From assembly GCA_035640335.1 (NCBI GenBank), contig DASQWH010000042.1, positions 1-47,957 on the forward strand: a stretch of 47,957 bases of DNA. The letters are read 5' to 3'. The stretch is from Gaiellaceae bacterium. GTDB lineage: Bacteria; Actinomycetota; Thermoleophilia; Gaiellales; Gaiellaceae. Position numbers and translations under genes: made by a program. The notes under the pieces are model-generated. The model ran no database searches. It had not been told where the DNA came from and worked only from the letters and a program-made list of their open reading frames with translations. Below, one piece after another: positions 19,605-28,200 of the stretch (position 1 is the stretch's first letter; the number at the start of each line of letters is the position of its first letter).

Positions 19605-22600
19605 GTGAAGCCGGCGACCACGATGGTCTGGTTCCTCGTCGTCGCATGCGGCGTCCTGGCCGTCGTCGCCGGCGCGCTCGGCGCGGCCGCCCCCATCCGC
19701 TCGGCAGCAAGCCTCGGCCCGGGCGTGCCCGACGAGCCGCCGGTGCGGATCTCTGTCAACGATGCGAGCGTGACGGAGGGCGACTCGGGCACGGTCGCCG
19801 CCACCTTCACGGTCTCGCTGTCGAGGGCGCACACGCTCCCGGTGACCGTCGACTACGCAACGGCGAACGAGACCGCCACGGCACCCGTCGACTATGTGGC
19901 CGCGGCCGGCCAGCTGAGCTTCGCGCCCGGCGTAACGTCGCTCCCGGTCACCGTCCTCGTCAACGGTGACAGCACGGACGAGGCAGTCGAGAGGTTCTTC
20001 GTGAACCTCTCGAATCCGACGAATGCCGACATCCAGGACGGCCAGGGCTTCGGCGTGATCAACGACGACGACGGCCCGGCACTCTCGATCGCCGACGTGG
20101 CCGTCACGGAGGGCAACTCCGGGCCTGTGACCGCGACCTTCGTTCTCTCTCTGAGTGCCGCGAGCCCGCAGGCGGTCAGCGTGCAGTACGCGACGGCGAA
20201 CGGGTCCGCGATCTCGCCGAGCGACTACGTCGCGGCCACGGGCATCGTCTCGTTCACCGCCGGCCAGACGACGAGGAGCGTCGCCGTGACGGTCAACGGC
20301 GATGTCCTCGACGAGTCGAACGAGACCTTCTTCGTCAACCTCTCCGGCGCCGTGAACGGCACGATCGCCGACGCCCAGGGCGTCGGAACGATCAACGACG
20401 ACGACGGTCAGCCGTCTTTGTCCGTGAACGACGTTGGGGTCACCGAGGGCAACTCGGGCTCGGTGAACGCCACCTTCACCGTCACGCTCGCGCCTGCGAG
20501 CGGCCAGACCGTGACGCTCGACTACGCCACCGCCGACGACACCGCCACCGCGGGTGCGGACTACCAGTCGACGAGCGGACAGCTGAGCTTCGTGGCCGGG
20601 CAGACGGCTCGCACGGTCACGGTGCCCGTGTTCGGCGACGCCATCGACGAGACGCACGAGAGGTTTACGGTCGCTCTCTCGAACGCGGCCAACGCGACGA
20701 TCGCGGACGGTCAGGGCGTCGGGACGATCAACGACGACGACGGCCCGACCGTCTCGATCGGTGACATTGCGGTCGCGGAGGGGAACTCCGGGACGGCGAC
20801 GGCGAGCTTCCTCGTCTCGCTCAGCGCGCCGAGCCCGCAAACGGTGGGCGTGTCGTACGCGACCGCGAACGGAACAGCCACGGCTCCGGCCGACTACGTC
20901 GCGGCCGCCGGGACGCTCACCTTCGCGCCCGGTGAGACGGCGAAGCCGGTCGCCGTGGGGGTCAACGGAGACGTCTTCGACGAGCTCGACGAGGCCTTCT
21001 TCGTGAACCTGTCGGCTCCGGTCAACGGCACCGTCGGGGACGGTCAGGGCGTCGGCACGATCACGGACGACGACGCCGAGCCTGCTCTCTCCGTCAACGA
21101 CCTCACCGTGACGGAGGGGAACTCGGGCACGACCAACGCGACGTTCGTCGTCACGCTCTCCGCCGCGAGCGGCCGGTCGGTGACGGTTGACTACGCGACG
21201 AGCGACGGGACGGCGACGGCGCCGGCGGACTACGCCGCCCGGACCGGCCAGGTCACGTTCGCGCCCGGCGAGGCGACGCGGGCCGTGACCGTGCCGGTCA
21301 ACGGCGATCTGCTCGACGAGGCCGACGAGACCTTCACCGTGGAGCTGTCCGGTCCCGTCAATGCGACGATCTCCGACGCGCTCGGCCTGGCGACGATCAC
21401 GGACGACGACGCGCTCCCGGCGCTCTCGGTCGGCAACGCCACCGTCGGCGAAGGGAACAGCGGCACGACGACCGCGACGTTCACGGTCACTCTCAGCGCG
21501 GCCAGCGGGAGGGCGGTCTCCGTCGGCTTCGCGACTGCCGACGATACCGCGGAGGCGCCGGGCGACTACCAGACGGCAACCGGGACGCTCGGCTTCGCTG
21601 CCGGGCAGACGGCGAGGACGGTGACGGTCGTCGTCAACGGGGACACGTCCATCGAAGGCAACGAGACGTTCCTCCTCCTGCTCTCGGCGCCGGCCAACGC
21701 CACGATCGCGGACGGCGAGGGCGTGGGCACGATCGTCGACGACGAGCTCGCGCCGACTCTCTCCATCGGCGACGCCGCGGTCACGGAGGGGAGCTCGGGG
21801 ACGGTCAACGCGACGTTCACGGTCGCGCTCGCATCCGCTAGCGAGCAGACGGTCACCGTCGGATTCGCGACGGCGGACGGGACGGCGACCGCTCCCGCCG
21901 ACTACGCCGCCGCGACCAGTCAGCTGAGCTTCGCGCCGGGTGAGACGACTCGCACGATCACCGTTGTCGTCAACGGCGACGCGCTCGATGAGAGCAACGA
22001 GACATTCCTCGTCGACCTGTCGGGCGCCGTCAACGCGACGATCGCGGACGGCCAGGGCATCGGCACGATCACGGACGACGACGCGCCGCCGACGCTCTCG
22101 ATCGACGACGTCACGGTCCCCGAGGGCAGCTCCGGGAGCACGAGCGCGACCTTCACCGTCAGGCTCAACACGGCGAGCGGCCAGTCACTCTCGGTCGACT
22201 ACGCGACCGCCGACGGCAGTGCCACTGCCGGCAGCGACTACACGGCGGGCAACGGGACGGTCGCCTTCGTGCCCGGCCAGACGAGCCGCCAGGTAACGGT
22301 TCCGATCGTCCCGGACGCGCTCGACGAGAACGACGAGACCTTCAACGTGAATCTCACGAACGCGGTCAACGCGACGATCGCCGACGGGCAGGCCGTCGGC
22401 AGGATCACGGACGATGACCCGCTGCCGACGCTCTCGATCGAGGACAAGGTCGTCACCGAGGGCAACTCGGGCACCCTGAACGCGACCTTCACGGTCAGCC
22501 TGGACACGGCGAGCGGGCGGTCTCTCACCGTGAACTACGCGACCGCGGACGGGACGGCGACGGCGACGGCCGACTACCAGACGCGCACTGGGACGCTCAC

Positions 22601-23834
22601 GTTCGCCCCCGGCCAGACGACGCGGCCGGTGACCGTCCCGATCGTGGGCGACACGCTCGACGAGAACAACGAGACGTTCACGGTCAACCTGTCGGGCGCC
22701 GTCAACGCGACGATCGGTGACGCCCAGGGCATCGCCACGATCATCGACGACGACGGGGAGCCGGCGCTGACCGTCCACGACGCGGCGGTGACTGAGGGGA
22801 ACGCCGGCTCCGTCGACGCCGTCTTCACGGTGACGCTCGCGCCGTCCAGCGGGCAGACGGTGACCGTCGACTACGCGACTGCGAACGGCACCGCCACCGC
22901 CGGTGGCGACTACCAGGCCCGCAGCGGGAGGCTGACGTTCGCGGGAGGCGTAACTACGCGCGAGGTCGTTGTGCCCGTGAGCGGCGACGTGCTCGACGAG
23001 GTCGACGAGACCTTCACCGTCACCCTCTCGAACGCCGTCAACGCGGTCCTCGCCGACGCGCAAGGGATCGGCACGATCGTCGACGACGACCAACCGCCGG
23101 CGGCCTCGATCGGCGACGTCTCGGTCGCCGAGGGCAATTCGGCCACGACGACGGCGACGTTCACCGTCGTGCTGAGCGCCCCGAGTGGCCGCACCGTCAC
23201 GATCGACGGCGCGACGGCCGACGTGACCGCGCACGCGCCGTCCGACTACCTCGCGGTGCCGGCGACACCCGTCTCGTTCGCGCCCGGCCAGACGTCGCGA
23301 ACGATCGCGGTCGTCGTCAACGGCGACATCGTCGTCGAGCCCGACGAGACCTTCGCCGTCAATCTCGCCAACGCCAACGGCGCGACGATCGCCGACGCGC
23401 AGGCGCTCGGCACGATCTCGAACGACGACGCGCCGGCGCCGCCTCCTCCACCGCCTCCTCCGCCGCCGCTACCGCCCCCGCCACCGCCTCCACCGCCTCC
23501 TTCACGCCCGCCCGCACGCACGCGCGCCGCGCTCTACCTCCCTCCGGCCGGCGCCCGGGTGACGAAGCCTCCGCTCCTCGCCTGGCGGGCCGTCCCCCGC
23601 GCGCGCTTCTACAACGTCCAGCTCTTCCGGAAGGGGCGGAAGATCCTCAGCGTGTGGCCTTACCGGCCGCGGCTACGGCTCAAGGCGACGTGGACCTACC
23701 GGGGCCGGACGATGAGCTTGCGGGCCGGCTCGTACACCTGGATCGTCTGGCCCGCCTTCGGGCGCCTCGAGCAGCCTCGCTACGGCGGCAAGCTGGGCGC
23801 GAGCACCTTCAGGATCGTGAAGGCGCGCGGATGA
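19605..23834 (+). CDS. Giant secreted Calx-beta repeat protein 1 (11 units) with a poly-Pro linker and a basic C-terminal module
   Basis: ggagagaggag lies 8-18 nt upstream of GTG 19605. Signal peptide MKPATTMVWFLVVACGVLAVVAGALGAAAP. 11 units of ..S..D..VTEGNSGT..ATFTV.LS..SG..V.V.YATA.GTATAP.DY....G.L.F.PG.T...V.V.VNGD..DE..E.F.V.LS...NATI.D.QG.GTI.DDD. Then APAP10LP10SRPPA and a 105-aa Arg/Lys-rich tail. Confidence 0.9.
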   Translation: MKPATTMVWFLVVACGVLAVVAGALGAAAPIRSAASLGPGVPDEPPVRISVNDASVTEGDSGTVAATFTVSLSRAHTLPVTVDYATANETATAPVDYVAAAGQLSFAPGVTSLPVTVLVNGDSTDEAVERFFVNLSNPTNADIQDGQGFGVINDDDGPALSIADVAVTEGNSGPVTATFVLSLSAASPQAVSVQYATANGSAISPSDYVAATGIVSFTAGQTTRSVAVTVNGDVLDESNETFFVNLSGAVNGTIADAQGVGTINDDDGQPSLSVNDVGVTEGNSGSVNATFTVTLAPASGQTVTLDYATADDTATAGADYQSTSGQLSFVAGQTARTVTVPVFGDAIDETHERFTVALSNAANATIADGQGVGTINDDDGPTVSIGDIAVAEGNSGTATASFLVSLSAPSPQTVGVSYATANGTATAPADYVAAAGTLTFAPGETAKPVAVGVNGDVFDELDEAFFVNLSAPVNGTVGDGQGVGTITDDDAEPALSVNDLTVTEGNSGTTNATFVVTLSAASGRSVTVDYATSDGTATAPADYAARTGQVTFAPGEATRAVTVPVNGDLLDEADETFTVELSGPVNATISDALGLATITDDDALPALSVGNATVGEGNSGTTTATFTVTLSAASGRAVSVGFATADDTAEAPGDYQTATGTLGFAAGQTARTVTVVVNGDTSIEGNETFLLLLSAPANATIADGEGVGTIVDDELAPTLSIGDAAVTEGSSGTVNATFTVALASASEQTVTVGFATADGTATAPADYAAATSQLSFAPGETTRTITVVVNGDALDESNETFLVDLSGAVNATIADGQGIGTITDDDAPPTLSIDDVTVPEGSSGSTSATFTVRLNTASGQSLSVDYATADGSATAGSDYTAGNGTVAFVPGQTSRQVTVPIVPDALDENDETFNVNLTNAVNATIADGQAVGRITDDDPLPTLSIEDKVVTEGNSGTLNATFTVSLDTASGRSLTVNYATADGTATATADYQTRTGTLTFAPGQTTRPVTVPIVGDTLDENNETFTVNLSGAVNATIGDAQGIATIIDDDGEPALTVHDAAVTEGNAGSVDAVFTVTLAPSSGQTVTVDYATANGTATAGGDYQARSGRLTFAGGVTTREVVVPVSGDVLDEVDETFTVTLSNAVNAVLADAQGIGTIVDDDQPPAASIGDVSVAEGNSATTTATFTVVLSAPSGRTVTIDGATADVTAHAPSDYLAVPATPVSFAPGQTSRTIAVVVNGDIVVEPDETFAVNLANANGATIADAQALGTISNDDAPAPPPPPPPPPPLPPPPPPPPPPSRPPARTRAALYLPPAGARVTKPPLLAWRAVPRARFYNVQLFRKGRKILSVWPYRPRLRLKATWTYRGRTMSLRAGSYTWIVWPAFGRLEQPRYGGKLGASTFRIVKARG
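19740..23429 (+). repeat. Coding tandem array: 11 diverged Calx-beta units of 333-336 nt
   Basis: Unit boundaries at each ..GTI.DDD / ..P.LS..D junction. Antisense shadow ORFs recur at 336-nt spacing (21230, 21566; 22238, 22574, 22910, 23246). Confidence 0.9.
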
Positions 23835-24501
23835 AGGCGTCGACGCCCGCCACGAAGCCCTTCGCGACGCGCAGCTGGTAACCGGGCGAGCGCAGGAGGC
23901 GGCCTTCGGACGGGTTCGTCAGGAACCCCGTCTCCGCGAGCACGACCGGTACGTTCGCCCAGTTGAACCCCGTCAGATCGCTCCGCCGGACGAGGCCGAG
24001 GTCGCGTGCTCCCGTCGAGCGAACGAGCTCGCGCTGGATGACGCGACCCGCTCGCAGGCTCCGCGAGTACACGTCGTCCGTCCAGCCACGGCGGAAAGCG
24101 GGGTAGTACATCGCCGCCCCGCGCCGGCTCGTGTCGGTCGAGCCGTCGGCATGGATGCGCAGCATGAGCGCCGCGCCGCGGCGGTTGCAGAACTGCGCCC
24201 GCGCGATGTTGCCGCCGCTCCCGTATGTGAAAGTCGGTCCCGGGCGCGTCATCGCCACGCGGTAGCCGCGGGCGAGCAGAAGCGCTCTCGTCCGCTTCGC
24301 GATCTGCAGGACGACCTCGGCCTCGCCTCGCGTGCCGCCCCCGTCTTTCTCCTTCAGCACCGACGAGCCCGGCCCGATCGGCTCGCGCTGCCGACCGATC
24401 GCAGGCGGGGTCCCGTGCCCGGGATCGAGGCAGATCAGTGCCGACGCGAGCGCTTCGACGAGCAGGCTCCAGACGATAGCGGTGCGAGCCGCTTTGCAAA
24501 T
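23809..24501 (-). CDS. N-acetylmuramoyl-L-alanine amidase (Amidase_3/CwlD-like); start codon unresolved
   Basis: ICLDPGHG...GTRGEAEVVLQIAKR...GAALMLRIHADGS...VPVVLAETGFLTNPSEG. A signal-like segment KAARTAIVWSLLVEALASAL precedes the domain. No in-frame ATG/GTG/TTG lies before the divergent gene. 24501 is an ATT codon used here only as a provisional boundary. Confidence 0.7.
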   Translation of the reverse strand: MCKAARTAIVWSLLVEALASALICLDPGHGTPPAIGRQREPIGPGSSVLKEKDGGGTRGEAEVVLQIAKRTRALLLARGYRVAMTRPGPTFTYGSGGNIARAQFCNRRGAALMLRIHADGSTDTSRRGAAMYYPAFRRGWTDDVYSRSLRAGRVIQRELVRSTGARDLGLVRRSDLTGFNWANVPVVLAETGFLTNPSEGRLLRSPGYQLRVAKGFVAGVDAFIRAPSRS

Positions 24502-24558
24502 GTCGAAAAAGGTGCCAACATGGTCGAAAGTTCGTAATCCGGTGCGGCAGGTGCGGAA

Positions 24559-25245
24559 GTGGTTCGAGGGGGAGTCCTTGCGAAGGTGTTGCGAGCGGGC
24601 GCGCTCGCGTTCGTCGCGGTCGGCCTGGGGCTGGCCTCGGTCGGCGCTGCCTTCGCAGCCGACGGGCCGAAGCCCGATCCGCCTCCCGTCGCGCCGCCGC
24701 CACCGCCGCCGCGCCCCGCACCTCCACCGCCAGTAACGCCGCCTCCACCGCCGGTCTTCGAGGCGCCTCCACCGCCCGTGTACCGCGGCCCGTCCGCGGC
24801 GGAGATCGCAGCCGCGCGCCGGGCGGCGGAGGCCCAGCGCGCGCAGCGTTTGGCGGCGCGGCGCCAGAAAGCGCGTCGACTCGCGTTGCAGCGCAAGCGC
24901 GCGCAGGCCAACGCGCAGGCCAAGCGTCTCGCGGCGCGCGCGCGAGCGGCCGCGGGCCGTGAGGCGGACAGCCGGAGCGTCGGCGCCCTGAGCGCGGGGC
25001 CGAAATCGGCCTCTGGCCGCTTCAGCGTCGAACGCGAGTCGCCTCTGAAGAACGGGGCGCTGCTTGTGATCGTCGTCGTGCTCGCGCTGATCCCGCTCGT
25101 GCTCTCGCTGATCCCTGCCTACGTCGTGCCGTGGTATCGCGCGTCGATGGTGCTCGAGGCGCACCGCCACGAGTTCGCCCTCGTCGGCGGCATGGCGCTG
25201 CTCGCCACCGGAATCTTCTTCCTCATGGTCGTGCTCGGGGGGTAA
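24559..25245 (+). CDS. Proline-rich, Ala/Arg coiled-coil membrane protein (signal peptide + 2 C-terminal TM helices)
   Basis: LRAGALAFVAVGLGLASVGAAFA/ADG signal. PKPDPPPVAPPPPPPRPAPPPPVTPPPPPVFEAPPPPVY. AAEIAAARRAAEAQRAQRLAARRQKARRLALQRKRAQANAQAKRLAARARAAA. TM helices LLVIVVVLALIPLVLSLIPAYVV and LVGGMALLATGIFFLMVVLGG. The start could be GTG 24559 or GTG 24586. Confidence 0.65.
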   Translation: MVRGGVLAKVLRAGALAFVAVGLGLASVGAAFAADGPKPDPPPVAPPPPPPRPAPPPPVTPPPPPVFEAPPPPVYRGPSAAEIAAARRAAEAQRAQRLAARRQKARRLALQRKRAQANAQAKRLAARARAAAGREADSRSVGALSAGPKSASGRFSVERESPLKNGALLVIVVVLALIPLVLSLIPAYVVPWYRASMVLEAHRHEFALVGGMALLATGIFFLMVVLGG

Positions 25246-28200
25246 ATCACATCTCTCTGCGGTTCGGAGTCCTCGCCCTGACAATTTGTTTCCTCACGCC
25301 GCTGGCCTCGGCCACGGTGGGGAGCGCTCCATCCGCCGAGAGCCTCTCGATCGACGACGTGACCGTCACGGAGGGAAACAGCGGCACGACGGCGGCGACG
25401 TTCACGGTCACGCTCTCCGCGAGCAGCGTTGACACCGTCACCGCCGACTACGCCACCGCCGACGGGACGGCGGTCGCGCCCGCGGACTATGCGGCGACGA
25501 GCGGTCCGCTGACCTTCCTGCCGGGCGAGACGACCAAGACCGTGACGGTCGACGTCGCTGGCGACACGATCGACGAGATTGACGAGGGCTTCACCGTCGA
25601 CCTGGCCAATCCGGTCAATGCGACGATCGTCGACGGGCAGGGCGCCGGCACGATCGGCGACGACGACGCAGCCCCGGCGCTGTCGGTCGACGACGTCACC
25701 GTCGCCGAGGGCGACGTCGGCACCGTGAACGCCGTCTTCACGGCGAGCCTCTCCGCGGCGAGCGGCCAAACGGTGACCGTCGACTTTGCGAGCGCCGACG
25801 GCACGGCGAGTGCTCCGGCCGACTACGGTGCGGTCGCCGGCGGCGTCAGCTTCGCCCCGGGCGAGACGACGAAGACGGTCACGGTCGCGATCGTCGGCGA
25901 CCTCCTGGACGAGGCGAACGAGACGTACACCGTCAACCTCGCGAACGCGACGAACGCGACGATTGCCGACGGCAGCGGCCTGGGCACGATCACCGACGAC
26001 GACGGGACGCCGTCGCTCTCGATCGACGACGTCACCGTCGCCGAGGGCAACGCAGGGACCGTCAACGCGAACTTCACCGTCAGCCTCTCGGCCGCGAGCG
26101 GCCTGCCAGTCACGGTCGACTTCGCCACCGCCGACGGCACTGCCACCGCGCCGGCCGACTACGCGGCGGCGAGCGGCACGCTGACCTTCCTCCCCGGCCA
26201 GACGACGCGGCCGGTCACCGTCCAGGTTGCTGGCGACCTGCTCGACGAGGTGAACGAGACCTTCCTCGTCAACCTCTCGAACGGGGTCGGCGCCACGATC
26301 GCGGATGGCCAGGGCATTGGGACGATCACCAACGACGACGGGCTGCCGGCGCTGTCCGTCGGCGACATGACCGTCGTCGAGGGCAGCTCGGGGACGACGA
26401 CTGCGTCCTTCGCGGTCACGCTCGCGCCTGCGAGCGGTCGCGAGGTAACCGTTCACTACGCGACCGCCGACGGGACCGCGACGGCGCCGGCGGACTACAC
26501 CGCCGCAGCCGGGACGCTCACGTTCGCGCCGGGGCAGACGTCGAAGCCCGTCAGCGTCACGGTCAACGGCGACGCGCTCGACGAGGTCGACGAGACGTTC
26601 ACGCTCGGTCTCTCGGCACCCACGAACGCCACGATCGCGGACGACCTCGGGCTGGGCACGATCACCGACGACGACGCGCCGCCGACGGTCTCGATCGGCG
26701 ACGCCACGGTGACCGAGGGCGACAGCGGCACCGTCGCCGCCACGTTCACGGTGAGCCTCGACGCGCCGAGCGGCCGCGCGCTCTCCGTCGACTACGCGAC
26801 CGCGAACGGCACGGCGACCGCGCCGGCGGACTACGTCGCGACGAGCGGCACGCTCGCCTTCGCGGCGGGCCAGACCTCGCGCCAGGTGACCGTGCTCGTC
26901 AACGGCGACGTGCTCGACGAAGAGAACGAGACGTACAGCGTCAACCTCTCGAACCCGAGCAACGTGACGATCGGCGACGGGCAGGGCCTCGGGACGATCA
27001 CGGACGACGACCCGCTGCCGGCGATCGCGATCGGCGACGCGACAGTGCCCGAGGGCAACTCGGGCACCGTCAACGCGACCTTCGCGCTCAGCCTCGACGC
27101 GCCCAGTGGGCGCCCCGTCACGGTCACCTACGCGACGCAGGACGGCACCGCGATCGCGCCCGGCGACTACGTCGCGGGTACGGGCACGGTCACGTTCGCG
27201 CCCGGGCAGACGTCGCGAAACGTCACGGTCGTCGTCAACGGGGACACCGTCGACGAGGCCAACGAGACGTACAGCGTCGACCTGACCAACCCCGGTAACG
27301 GGACCATCGCCGACGGCGAGGGCATCGGCACGATCATCGACGACGACGGGTCGCCGTCGCTCTCGGTCAACGACGTCGTGGTCACCGAGGGGAACAGCGG
27401 CACCGTCAACGCGAACTTCACCGTCTCCCTGTCAGGGTCGAGCGGACAGACCGTCAGCGTCGGGTACGCGACCGCAGACGGGACGGCAACCGCCGGCGAG
27501 GACTACAACGCGGTCGGCGGCAGCCTCGTCTTCGCGCCCGGCCAGACCACGAAGACCATCGCCGTGGCCGTGCGCGGGGACACGCTCGACGAGATCGACG
27601 AGACGTACACGCTCAACCTCTCGAACGCCGTCAACGCGGCGATCGCGGACGGCCAGGGGCTCGGAACGATCACGGACGACGACCAGCAGCCGTCGCTCTC
27701 CGTCGACGACGTCACCGTCAACGAGGGCAATGCCGGCACGGCGAACGCGACGTTCACGGTCAGCCTGAACATCGCCAGCGGCCGCGCCGTCTCGGTCGAG
27801 TACGCAACGGCCAACGGGACCGCGACCGCTCCTGCCGACTACACGGCCACGGGCGGCACCCTCACCTTCGCCGCTGGCCAGACGACACGCACCTTCACGG
27901 TGCTCGTCAACGGAGATCTCCTCGACGAGGCGAACGAGACGTTCTTCGTCAACCTCGGTAACCCGACGAACGCCACGATCGCGGACGGGCAGGGCGTGGG
28001 GACGATCACGGACGACGACGCCGCGCCCGCCCTCGCCATCGACGACGTGACCGTCGCCGAGGGCAATGTCGGCACCGTCAACGCGACGTTCACGGTCAGC
28101 TTGAGCGCCACGAGCGGGCGGAACGTCTCAGTCGACTTCGCGACGGCAGACGTGACGGCGACGGCCCCGGCCGACTACCTGGCGGCAACGGGGACGGTCG

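Noticed and set aside
23246-23521. Gly-rich minus-strand ORFs (also 30682-30903, 24435-24923)
   Set aside because: These are reverse complements of the poly-Pro tracts (CCN read as NGG). They are artefacts of the Pro codons.
25131-25250. GTG 25131 as the true start of giant protein 2
   Set aside because: It would overlap the preceding gene's two TM helices by 115 nt in another frame. It would also add a 40-aa Arg-rich segment unlike paralogue 1. It is kept only as the maximal ORF boundary.
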